Notes under the pieces: model-generated
The model's database searches: none
What the model saw: only the letters and a program-made list of their open reading frames with translations
Told to the model about the DNA's origin: nothing
Translations under genes and position numbers: made by a program
Shown here: positions 25,250 through 36,329 of the stretch, piece after piece
Layout of the letters: every line of letters begins with the position of its first letter
Numbering within the stretch: the first letter of the stretch is position 1
Source: Trichosphaerium sp. ATCC 40318
Lineage: Eukaryota; Protista; Tubulinea
Reading direction: 5' to 3'
Assembly: GCA_038496445.1 (NCBI GenBank)
Contig: JALMLS010000159.1
Coordinates: 1-64,000, forward strand
Length of the DNA: 64,000 bases

Positions 25250-25600
25250 CAAAAAACAAAAGCGTTGTGTACCTCTGACGATTGTTTTCCTGTCTTTTTT
25301 CATTTTCATCAAACAATTGCCAACAATAGGCAGCTTTAGAGGGCCATGTAACTGTCTGGAGCTAATATTTCTCCGCAATAGCCACATTACAGACACCGTT
25401 GTGAGTACAGTAAACCAAAGTGCTATGTTGTTGACGCTAGCAAATATAAGGAAGTCTAGCTTACAGCTACACCAAAAAGGCGGTCAAGACCACTTCCTTA
25501 CACAAACAGTAACGTTTGTTTGTTTTCAGATGCTTGTTCCACTGTTATGTGTTTCTTGTATCTGTTGTGATCAGAATGTACCATGTCTATAAAGCACGTG
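25250..25600 (-). pseudogene. 5' remnant (exon 1 plus promoter) of the P450 family
   Basis: Aligns to 7675-7990. The start codon is mutated ATG>ATA at 25424-25426, and the rest of the gene is missing. Confidence 0.8.
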
Positions 25601-25964
25601 AAAAGACCTTTTTTGTAGTCCACACAAAACTTATCTTTTTCATCAAAGTCATTAATAGCAAATAGAATTCTTGGCGGTGTAGGTCACAAAGAAGCTTTTG
25701 TAAATGACCGATCTTTTAAGCTTCCCCTGTCACTAGAGTGGTTGTGGCAGTCGCTGGATTAAAAAAAAAGTCTTAGACGTTGTGAGGATGTAAAGAAATG
25801 GTTTTAGGACAGTAATAAGGATGTAATTTGTGCCGTTTTGTCTCACCACAAAAGCGATAAGAATGTATTCGAATAAACAAGAAAATTTTTTTCAAATACG
25901 AAATTTGCAATCAATCCGTTTGGAACATCGCTACTTCAATAGTGTAGAACCTGTGTGTGTACGA

Positions 25965-26830
25965 TGATAAATATTTTATACTTTCAGTGTGTCTATATTA
26001 AGCTCATGTAGCGGTACAGTTTATTTATTGTTCACACTATTTGTAGAAAAGAGCATGTGTACAAGTGACTACAAACACGCGCTGGAAATATTTACCCGAG
26101 CCTTCTAGTGATATAAAGTACATTTAACAACTGCTAATAATGCCATTGAAGGATGTTATAACGTTCAAAGTGATCAACATACAAATAGGGATGAACAACA
26201 AATATTTTAACGAAAACAAAACTGAAAAAAAAAGTACGTTTTGTTGTAATAATTTCTTTTCAATGGTCACGTGTGTAGGATCGTATTTGTGAAACTTAAA
26301 TCACGTGAAACGCAAAGGTGTTTTCAGATAATGCCAATCTCATATTTTCAAAAAAATAGGCCCAGCACCCACCACGTGACAATACCATCAATACACAAAA
26401 AGTTGAAAAAGTCATCAGAAAATTTCTGATAAAAACGTGATTGATTGAGACATTTTTGGAATTCTTAAAACCACTTTAAAACACCTCACATCATCATGGT
26501 TCGTAACACTGTACGCGAATTATCAGTATTTATGTGTTTCCGAATGAAACTCTTTAGTTTTTGTTAAATTTTTACAATTGAGCCTTAATTTATGCTTAAT
26601 CAGGGTCTTCGTGGTGTTTCCAAGCGTCAAAGGCAAAATAAAAAATGTAGAACCAATTTGAACAAAAGTTTATTAACTTTATGTTTTCCTTTCGGGTTTT
26701 GTGTTCGTTTCAAAAACATATTCATCATCCTGCACACACAACAACACCGCGTGACAAAATGGCTGACAGAAACAAGGCAAACCAATCAACTGAAGGCTCT
26801 AAAGTATCTATGGGCGGAGACACACAAAAC
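25965..26830. repeat. Duplicated upstream block; inverted copy about 62130-63150, partial direct copy about 55670-56000
   Basis: Near-identical non-coding sequence (e.g. CAGGGTCTTCGTGGTGTTTCCAAGCGTCAAAGGC) precedes all three members of the SMGGDT gene family. Confidence 0.85.
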
Positions 26831-28869
26831 GGTACTACATTTCACAGCGTGATGTTCTAATTAATGCTACTAGAACGTCAACCGGAACAAAGCCGTAGAA
26901 GAAACTACGACGAACAAGGCACTCAAAACACAAGAAGGCAGACATTTCGCGGCAACGATGAAAGATACCGAAAGTACGTTGACAGTGTGTAACTAGATAA
27001 AACACAAAGTAAAACTAAACACTGTAGCAACACATCACGACAATATGATAGAGGTACGGGTACATACCACATTGATTCTTATCTACATAGATGACTACAG
27101 AGGCAAAAGGTACCCTCGGGCGAAACCTGGAAAAAAACAGTCGGGATCAAGAACTGGTGAAGATCGAAGGTATGACAAGGCTAAACTAGTTAACTTAAAA
27201 AATGAACAATTTTGGGTGTTAGCTTACACTTATGATATTTAGGAACCATCCCTATAAGGATCCTCAAAACCGTCAGTGGGATACCAGGTAGGCGCTTACT
27301 ACTTGACTCCTAGCCGGCAACTTTTGATGGAACAATTGTCAAGTAAAGCTAACTAGCTTTGTTTAGGCGCTAAACCTCCCGAACGGGCAAACCAATCACG
27401 AGTGAATAGCACTCCGTACGTTTGATGACCTCTACTATTCTTACTTGTGCTGTAGAAAACACACGTGGGGAGCACATGATGAACCTGCTCATTATTGGTA
27501 CGTCAAAATTTGTAGCAACTTTTATTAAGCTTTGCGCAGCCAAGTAAATAATCCACAACCACGTGATAAGACGCCTCAAAGAAGGTACTCGTTGTTAACA
27601 ACTTGCGAACCAAAATAATCATGTTTATTTAGAAATGATAGCTCACAGACGACAGTACCTCGCAGAAACGAAAAGAATGTGTAAGTACCTAATTAAATTG
27701 AGAAAAAAGCAGTTCTTTACTCCGTTATTAAACTACACGTTATTCTGCTACCTCACACGTACTAAGAAAGTTTAGACGCTCTGACCACATAACACAACCT
27801 CAGCAATCGCTTGAGCATGCGCCACAAGTTCTGTACGCTTTTTTTTATTCGTTCTAAGTTCTTGGAAATCAATCAACAACAGTTGCATTTTTTTTTTTTT
27901 ATTCATTTCATCCTGACAACTCTAGGGTCGCTCAACCTGATCCCCCACGCAAAATAGATGCATCTTTGTACGTGTATTAAAACTTAAATTTAGTATTTAT
28001 TTTTGCTAACGTGTTTACGCCTTAGTAACTACGGTGTAATTGAGATGCCTCCTATGCTTGAGGCGAACGAACTTCTACATCATTTCTTCTACAAGAAAAC
28101 AGATTTGTCCAAACAAACACGGTTTTCTATTGAGACAAGCATCCTCGGTTCCGCGTGTTTGATGGCTTGCATGACCATGAATAGAGTATACTTACATGCT
28201 CTACACCAACGCGTGATAGAAACACCCCTACGAGGGTTAATCCATGATATATCAGCATGGAACACTAAACTTCTAAGACCAGGCAAGGGAAGACGAGATT
28301 GGGTACCCAAAGAACTTTGGAATAATATAGCCAAAGTACTGCCATACCCCAGAGATGCATTATATAACTTTAGCGAGCTTGTTAAATCGCGAAACGGATA
28401 CTATCACAACAATGCTGGAAGGTTCAGTCGCCCATCAAAAATAAACTCGGATCTTAAGGGGTTTGTTGAGGCTTGCGGTATAAGATGCAAGCCATTAGAA
28501 TACAACGGTACTTACCTTAGATTTTCTTCTTCCTCTCATTTATCACCCTAGTCATGCTCGAGACTTTTGTGAAAGAGAAAAACAGAGCGTGTGGAACCCA
28601 CGATGTAGTGCTAACCGGGTACTGTATTGTTTTGTGGCTTTCTCATGTATCTAACTTTTGTATCTAGTTTGGCTGTGCTTCAGAGAAAGAATAAGCAAGA
28701 ACAACTACAGAGGGACAAGAAGGTGATGCAAGATAGAATTGACAAGCTAGAAAAGCGACTTCCATGCGGAGGAACTGCAATTTATACTTTGAGGACAGAA
28801 AACAAGGCGTTGAAAGAGCAACTTAAACAAAAGGAGAAACTCAAAGATGAAGAAAACGAAAGCCGCTGA
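26759..28869 (+). CDS. Multi-exon protein: R/S/G-rich N-terminus, HEPN-like RNxxxH domain, coiled-coil C-terminus
   Basis: ATG at 26759 gives MADRNKANQSTEGSKVSMGGDTQN|. Exon 28026-28510 has HDISAW..LVKSRNGYYH. The paralog at 60390-62215 conserves the motif. Confidence 0.6.
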
Positions 28870-29146
28870 AAATGTTGGTAGATACCTACCAATTCTCGTT
28901 ATTTTCTCCTTTCTCCTTTTATTTGCCATTACTTTACCTGTCACTCTTGATGTATCAATCAAGTTCCCGTAGCCAATCGTTTCATTGTAATTTTCTGTAT
29001 ACAACAATTAAATAAGACGTTGGACAACCTGTATTGTATTTTTTTTTGGAGAGATTCCCACAAAAAGTCGCAAAAAGCCAAGTAATAAATCGATTTCTCT
29101 GAAACAGTAACATACAATCACGCTTGACAAATTGTAATAGCTTGAA

Positions 29147-30865
29147 ATGGCATGCTCGTTACAGAGATTTGCTTCGCAAACAGAAACATGGCAACCTATC
29201 CCAAAATCGCTTTATAAATGCGTCAGTAGACCTCATTGTATTCAAAACCACGAAATGTACAACATAACAGACAAACCAGCCAAATGGGAATGTCTTAAAT
29301 GCTCTAAGCCACTCAAAGAGTGTATAATATGCGTAAAATGCGATAATTGGACGTATTGCGTCCAATGTGTTAAAGAAATTGATAAACACAAACATCCGAC
29401 AATAAAAATAGCTTCAAACGCGTGGAACTGTAGTTGTTGTACAAATACGACAACTTTGAGTACGATTGGTTTTCATCAAACGCTAAACGTTATTTCATTT
29501 GTTTTTTCTTAGATCAGAGCAAACACACGCTTACGTTATTACCTAGGCCCGCGTTATTCTTGTGGAATATGCGAAGATGCTGATATTTGCCAAAAGTGCT
29601 GCTTCTTGCCTTACGACATGACAACAGACCCTTCAGAGCATAATAAACCAGCTAGGACCCACAAACATACGTTCAATCTGGTATCAAGCTTTAAAGGATG
29701 GGTTTGTAAAGAATGTAAAAAGAAAAGTGTTGACACAAACGAAGATCGTTTTCATTGTGGTATTTGTGATGATTATGATGTTTGTAGTAAGTGCTATTGG
29801 ACAGAAAAACTAGAACACGATCACGTGCTTAAATATGCAAATAGCATATCAAAGTGTAGGCAGTGTACTATGGCTCTAGGTACGGCTTTTCATCTTGAGA
29901 CTCGTCTACTTTTCATTGTTTCAATTGAAACTCTTTTTCTAGGTCCTGAAGATGAGAGATACCGTTGTAGTTCTTGCTGTAGCTATGATTTATGTACTAC
30001 ATGCTATGGAAAAAGAAATATATCCTCAAACAATGGAGCAAAGTGCTGTAGCATTGAACTTTTGAATGCATTTGAGGAATCAGCAATCAAAGATCCTGAT
30101 AAAAATCCTTACACTCATAGCCTCTCACAGATACCAAATGAGATTTTAGATAATATATTGGTATACCTTGGTGAAAGAGATATATGTATGTACACTATAA
30201 TATCAATAGAAGGATTATACGTATCAAAACAAATGTGGCTTCTTAGAATTTGGAAAATATATGGAACTATCCCTGATGACTTCCTTGATATCCCAGAACC
30301 TCTTCCACTCAAATATAAACGTATCAAACACCTTAAGGAACTTTTTAAGTATAAACTACATGAACCAAATGAAGAAGACCTAAGTTTTTGGAGGCGTATT
30401 CTTTCATCTGATGTAATCTTTAATAATGCCTATTATTTACAACAATTGGTTCGAAGCACTTCCAAGAAGATACTTTTTACAAAATGTAATCGTTACTTCT
30501 ATTTGAAACACTATAGAGCTTTACCTACACTATGCTTTCCAAAGAAGAGCAAGTTTGTAAGTGCAGTTTTTGTTCATAGAGAGAAAAGACCTCAATACAA
30601 GCGTCTTAATGCATTTGGTGTTTTTCTTCCAGAATCAGAACTTTGGTCACGTGACATGGCAACAATATTAACGTTGGAGAGAGATATTATACTTATTGAT
30701 GATAAAGGCGATAAATCAAGGCTTGTAGAGATGTACGAGTACAATCATGGGTTTTTTGAACGTCCTCATTTTCTGTTGATTGGAATATCACGGTTTGATC
30801 GCAGATCACCACGGACTCTACCTATGTGTCCACCCCGATACAGACGAAAACCAAAGGAATACTAA
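29147..30865 (+). CDS. ZZ/DC1-type zinc-finger repeat plus F-box protein
   Basis: About four CxxC..RF/YxCxxCxDYDxCxxC modules with HxH, followed by F-box SLSQIPNEILDNILVYL. About two short introns. Confidence 0.75.
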
Positions 30866-31078
30866 CGGTTAATCAAGCTTAGATCAATGCAAAGATAAAA
30901 ATAAATGTACATAACTATTATTTACCTTGCGTTGTTCCAAGATTCCACATTACTGTAAAATACTAAAAACGTGTCAACAATGTTCTAGTAAACAATGCAC
31001 CAAAAACATGTCGCACCAAGGACAAGACTTGCTTCGATAAATTCATCGACGTCAGAGCGATACATCTATTGATTTATC

Positions 31079-31300
31079 AATGTAACAGATGAGAGTATCA
31101 AGGTACTAGCAGGTGTCTATAAAATCAACTTGTACAGTTGTAAAGGAATCAGATGAGGGTGTACAAGGCATTGATGCTGGCAACAACGGATTGACGGCAT
31201 CAAAGCGCTATCTGGTGTGCACACCATTTGTCTAACCAAGACAAAAGTGACTGAAGAAGGTGTGAAGGTACTGGTGGGTGTGCAAAGAATAAATTGGTGA
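31079..31300 (+). pseudogene. Degenerate LRR fragment of the 9901-10801 family
   Basis: NVTDESIKVLAGVYKINL* ... DGIKALSGVHTICLTKTKVTEEGVKVLVGV, with stops and frameshifts. Confidence 0.7.
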
Positions 31301-32741
31301 TAAACGGTTATTTTAGACACCTACATACTTGTTACTGAATAGGAGAGGCTTTTGAAAATAGCTTTGCTAAATAAATCGTGTTTCACGTAGACTTATGGTG
31401 TCTGTATGAATTTGCGTGAATAATTTTGGCATGATCAAGTAGCAACGCATCACTATTTGGCTATACGTAGTACTTCTAGCTCTCCTTGTCTAACCATGAA
31501 CATAACGAGAGTATTCTTCTAACCTACTAGAACAGGGTATTCAGTCACGTGATCTTTTTTATTCTTTGTAGAGGCCGCGGAGGAATGTCACTTGATGTGG
31601 ATGGACGACAGCTAACAAAGTCAAATACCATTTTAAAGCATTAAATGTTCATGGTTTCCCTCCCAAAGCTGTCTATTGAAGTTGAATTGCGAAGTAGTAC
31701 GTTGAGAAAATGATGGTGAAAACAACTTGCCACCAACACAAGTACCACGTCGTAAGAAGTAACATGTATATTTTCATCAAACTGTTTTTTTAAGATCATG
31801 TGGTTTGTATTGCTACAACACTCGTCAAGAGCCTTTTGCTTGGATTTTACTACAAACATAAAAATATCCTCCGTACTCAACTGTTATTGAGGTATTGCTA
31901 GAGTACGGTTTGCTCGACTAAATACATTGATTTGGTAGGCTGTTGTAAGCACTTAGACAGCTTTAAAGCTACCAACCTATGTTGGTACACGTAAGCACAT
32001 AACAGTTGGACACTCAAATGTTGGCATTTTTTAATTAGATTCTGAAGGTATAGCAGAGGAAGTACAAGAAAAATGCTAATATTAGACTTGTTACTACCGC
32101 ACTTGAGTTTTACACCAAGAGATTAATCTCTTCCCTGCACTCTCAAAAAATAAACAAGATCAAAACAAATTGAAGTCGGAAGGTTCTAGTTTCTTGTTTG
32201 TTGTCTGGAAAACTTGAACTGAATTTGTTTTGAACAATTAAATAGTCGCTATAATAAAGAACATTTTGTTGACGTAAATGCAAGTTGTTTGAAGTTCGGG
32301 TAGTCAACCCCCAAAAGTTCCTTTTAGGAACACCAAAAATATTCCTTGTAGGAATCTTCGCTAAAACCACTCTACGTTGCTCTTATATAGTAGCAACGGT
32401 CATTAGTAAAACCTCCTCTTTTATCCCTTTTGTTATGTTTATCAAAACTATCAAAAAATTAGCGAAAATTGTTGTGACACGTGACAGTTCACTAGTTTCC
32501 AATCACGGCCAAAAAAAAACAATTTAAAAAGATCCTAATCCTCCGAATGATTTATTAACATAGCCATAGCAATGGTGCTAATTTCCGGGTTTGATGATGG
32601 TAAAAACTTAAGTCAACCAAAAACTGATTTAGGTTTAAGTGAATAAATATGACAACTTTTTGGAGAATCGTGGAGATTTTATATCCACGAAAACACGACC
32701 AAAAACTCACTTTTCCTTAACTTCATTGTCTCTTGCGTAAC

Positions 32742-33815
32742 ATGCAACAGCTCCCATTATTTCTACTACTCGTAATCTTCTGTACTACTACATTGTCTGC
32801 GCCTTTTCAAGCTGGCGTACAAGAGTGTCTACAATCACAAGACTTCTACCCAACAGGTATGCGCTATAGTTGTAAAATCAATTACTTCGCATTCTCCTGT
32901 GATCTCTATCTAACTTGAGTGTTCAAGGTGTTAACGCTACGTATGCTACTATATCAGAAAGCCCACCAACAGTTGATAAAAACTGGGTAATTTGCAATAG
33001 TACCAATCCTGGCTTTTCAAACTGCTTTGGGGCAGGTCCTCCGGACACTACCACTGGTTGTTGCCCAACGTTCACGACTGTGCCAGACCCAAGTTGGGTG
33101 CAAGGAGGAGAGCTGACGCCAGTACGTATTTAAATACAAGGCAACACTTGATCAGACTAACCGAAGACAAAAGGGATCATGGATTAATTGGAATAACAAC
33201 AATGCTTTGGGCGTCTTTACTTTTAGAACAACCTTCAAAACAGAATACAGTACGTTATCTCCAAAACTTCTAAATTTCGCTCTTTAACATGTGTACTATT
33301 TCGCTTTATAACTGATTTCTTTAGTGTGCTCTGTTGTTGGAAAGTGCTTTGTTGACAATGATATTTTTAATACAACACTTGATGGAGTTGAGGTGCCTTT
33401 TTCTTGGAACTACTTCAATGTTCCGTATCCTGACTCAGTGCCCTTTTCTCTAAATTCAACGGCTGGGAATCATACATTAGAAATTACTGTAAGTGATACT
33501 GGTGGCATTGGAGGTTTGCTATTTCTCTTTGATGAATGCTCGTGCCTGTTACCTCCTACCCAAACACCTACTACAGAACCACCAACTGAAGAGCCAACAG
33601 CAGAACCTACATCGGAACCTACATTGGAACCTACAGCGGCCGCTAGCAATACTACTGTACCACCAACAATGGAACCTACTGCAGAACCAACTGAAGAACC
33701 CACTGAAGAACCCTCCGAAGCGTCTCCAACCACCGAAGCACCAGTTAACGAATCTAACGCATCTACACAATGCGTATCAGTTTTTGTACTTGCATTGTGT
33801 GTCTTTTTGATGTAA
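32742..33815 (+). CDS. Secreted, probably GPI-anchored surface protein with Cys-rich/beta-sandwich head and EPT-repeat stalk
   Basis: Signal peptide MQQLPLFLLLVIFCTTTLSA, VDND..GNHTLEITVSDTGGIGGLLF, PTEEPT repeats, and a hydrophobic C-terminus after SNAS. Confidence 0.75.
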
Positions 33816-34120
33816 TAAAAGAAACCAATCTTTAGTGTTTTAGCCACAATCTCAATAAAACTGGAAAATAAGTGTTTTTATTCTTTATTTAAAAATTATC
33901 CTGTAAGAGGCTGCAACGACTATGGCTCGAAAATACTTCTAACAGCTAACATGAAATATGTAACTTCACATTTTCTTAGCCAATGGCTACCTTGGTGTCA
34001 GTCTTTGATGGAGGCGTAGCGGGACCGGATTGACTGCACCTATTTAACAAAACCTTTTGCGAACCTTCTCAATCACTTAAAAGTGACAGTTCTAAGTCAG
34101 TATTCTAAAAGTAGCACAAG

Positions 34121-34411
34121 ATGAGCGAAGACGATGCAGTATCAGTAAAAACAACATTCGATACAACGAGTGACGGATTCAAAGCGAATTGCACCGTTTG
34201 TGCTTTACAATCATGTTGTCCATACGACGTTGTATTAAACAAGAAGCATATGAAAAAAAAGCTAAAAATGAAAAGCCCAGAGAAAGTCTGCGATCTTTTA
34301 TTCAAATACCTCATAGAGCACCAAAAAAAGACTCTAGATGATATAGACGATGAAGTGGACGTATTAAAACTAGGATCAGAGTTCGAAAAATGGGTTAAAG
34401 GCAACAAATAA
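34121..34411 (+). CDS. Hypothetical 96-aa intronless protein
   Basis: ATG-initiated ORF with globular-protein composition, AATAAA shortly after the stop, lying between two genes. Confidence 0.55.
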   Translation: MSEDDAVSVKTTFDTTSDGFKANCTVCALQSCCPYDVVLNKKHMKKKLKMKSPEKVCDLLFKYLIEHQKKTLDDIDDEVDVLKLGSEFEKWVKGNK

Positions 34412-34570
34412 TAAAAAATGAAAATGTGGCGTCCAAAATTGCTAAAGTTGTATTTAAAGCATATAATACGCGTAAACATTAAATAAACAACGTTCTAAGC
34501 AACTTGTAGACTTTTTCATCAAGAAAAGGAGAAAGTTTTGTTGCACTACGCGTTGCGCGTAAACATGAGT

Positions 34571-36035
34571 TTATTTTGCTTTTGCTTGCTTTTGGAGATC
34601 CCATTTCCATAATTCTGGATGTTGACGGAAATCAGGTGTTAGAGGGAACGCTAAAGCTTGAATATGCATAAAAACGTTCATGTCCAAGAAACGGAGAATT
34701 AAACGGGTGACATAGGTGTACGCGCCAATATCACGCCATGCTACGCGTCCAATAGATTTAAGTAATTCACTAGCACAACCTTCTGGGTCAGATTCTAGTT
34801 GCTCTACAATTAAAACGTCAGCAATCGAAAACCTTTCATTCAAATAAAACCAAAAAAAACAATAAATTGTTCGCCCAATTTTTTTGTAGATGACGGGATG
34901 ATACTGGTTTTTTTTCGTTTGTTTACACTACACGTACGAAAGAACTTTACGAAATCGATTTGAGGAAGTTTAGAAGAGAAGCGAGTACGCATTGGTCCCA
35001 AAACACCAGCGAGTACATCAATGCCATAGACTAATTAGTAGAGGTGAGTAGTCATTTAAATGAAAAAAAAAAAACAGAAATGGTTTCGTACTTTTGCCTT
35101 CAACGAATAGACAAGCACCCATTGACATAAGGAATGCTTTCTCACTACTGTATAGAGCTGCGAAAGCAGCAGGGAAGAATCCTACTTGTGAGCTAGTAAT
35201 GCAAATACAACCTACGATTACAATCGTCAACACAACATAAAAAAGGAGAATTGTACCTTTCAGCTTTTTGGCAACCAATTTTTGCATGTACGCTCTGACG
35301 AAGCGTGAGTGACTGACTAGGTTACATTCAAGATTTCCATCAGCCTGTCTGGCGCTCATACATGGGAAAGCCTGAAAAAAACGGTTATTACCTTATTAAA
35401 AGCTTCCAACGCCAATGGTTGATTTAATTAAGGTACCTTGAGGCCTGCGAATCCAGCGTTTGAAAAAATGACTTGAATGTCAATGTCGTTTGTTGCCTCT
35501 TCGATAACTTGCATGTAATCATAGCATTCATCATGTTTAGTCATATCGACGCCTACCATACGAAACTCTAGTTCTGGGTACGTAGCAATCAATTCATCTC
35601 TTGTTTGAGTAAGCAAAGGGTCTTCTAAAGCCACGACAACTACATTGAGGCCCTTTTAACATGTTTGGTTAGTTTACAGTCAGCAGATTAGCCGTGCCTG
35701 TTTGCAGAGTTTATCAACAATGCTACGACCCAAGCCACTACTACCACCAGTGACAATAGCCCACTTGGCATTGTATTTTTTCTTTAGGTTTTGTTCAGCC
35801 ATAAGAGAGGTCAAAAGGTTTGGTACTAAGCATATTAGACAAGGAAGTGGCACTTGAGGAATAAAGCGAAAAAGATCGCCTCGTATTTACACATACCAAT
35901 GTACGAAACGACAGAAAACACAGTCAGTAGCGCGAGAAGCAATACAGACCATTCGTAAAGATCTGTAGGTGTTCGAATGAAAAGTGAGGTGACCACACAG
36001 ATAGGGGTAGTAATATAACCGAGAATTGATGCCAT
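34571..36035 (-). CDS. Short-chain dehydrogenase/reductase (3-ketoacyl-CoA reductase/HSD17B12-like), multi-exon
   Basis: N-terminal TM, WAIVTGGSSGLG, FSNAG, TSS, and catalytic YSSEK. Confidence 0.88.
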
Positions 36036-36329
36036 TGCGATAAAGTTACTCGGTTAAGCGCTTAAGCGAAGCAAATTTGGTAAAAACAGTGTGCAAGCTA
36101 ATAATTCCGCTTTGAGAGGATTGGAGGTTACTCGAGGGAGCGAAACGGTTAATTTAAGTGTCATATGCGTCAGTATTTTTTTCGACGCGCAATTATGTAG
36201 AGAGCTAAACAGTAGCGGCAAAATATTGTTCCCAACGTTTTGTAAAACAATGTTCTGTTTTCGGTACCTTACTTAATCTTATTGTCAAAACAACCCAACG
36301 TAACAAAAGCGATTGAATTATCGCTCAAT

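Noticed and set aside
26592-26852. Thrice-repeated ORF MLxQGLRGVSKRQRQNKK (also 55725 and 62383)
   Set aside because: It lies in the duplicated upstream block and the frames diverge by a 1-nt indel. The spliced genes start at downstream ATGs.
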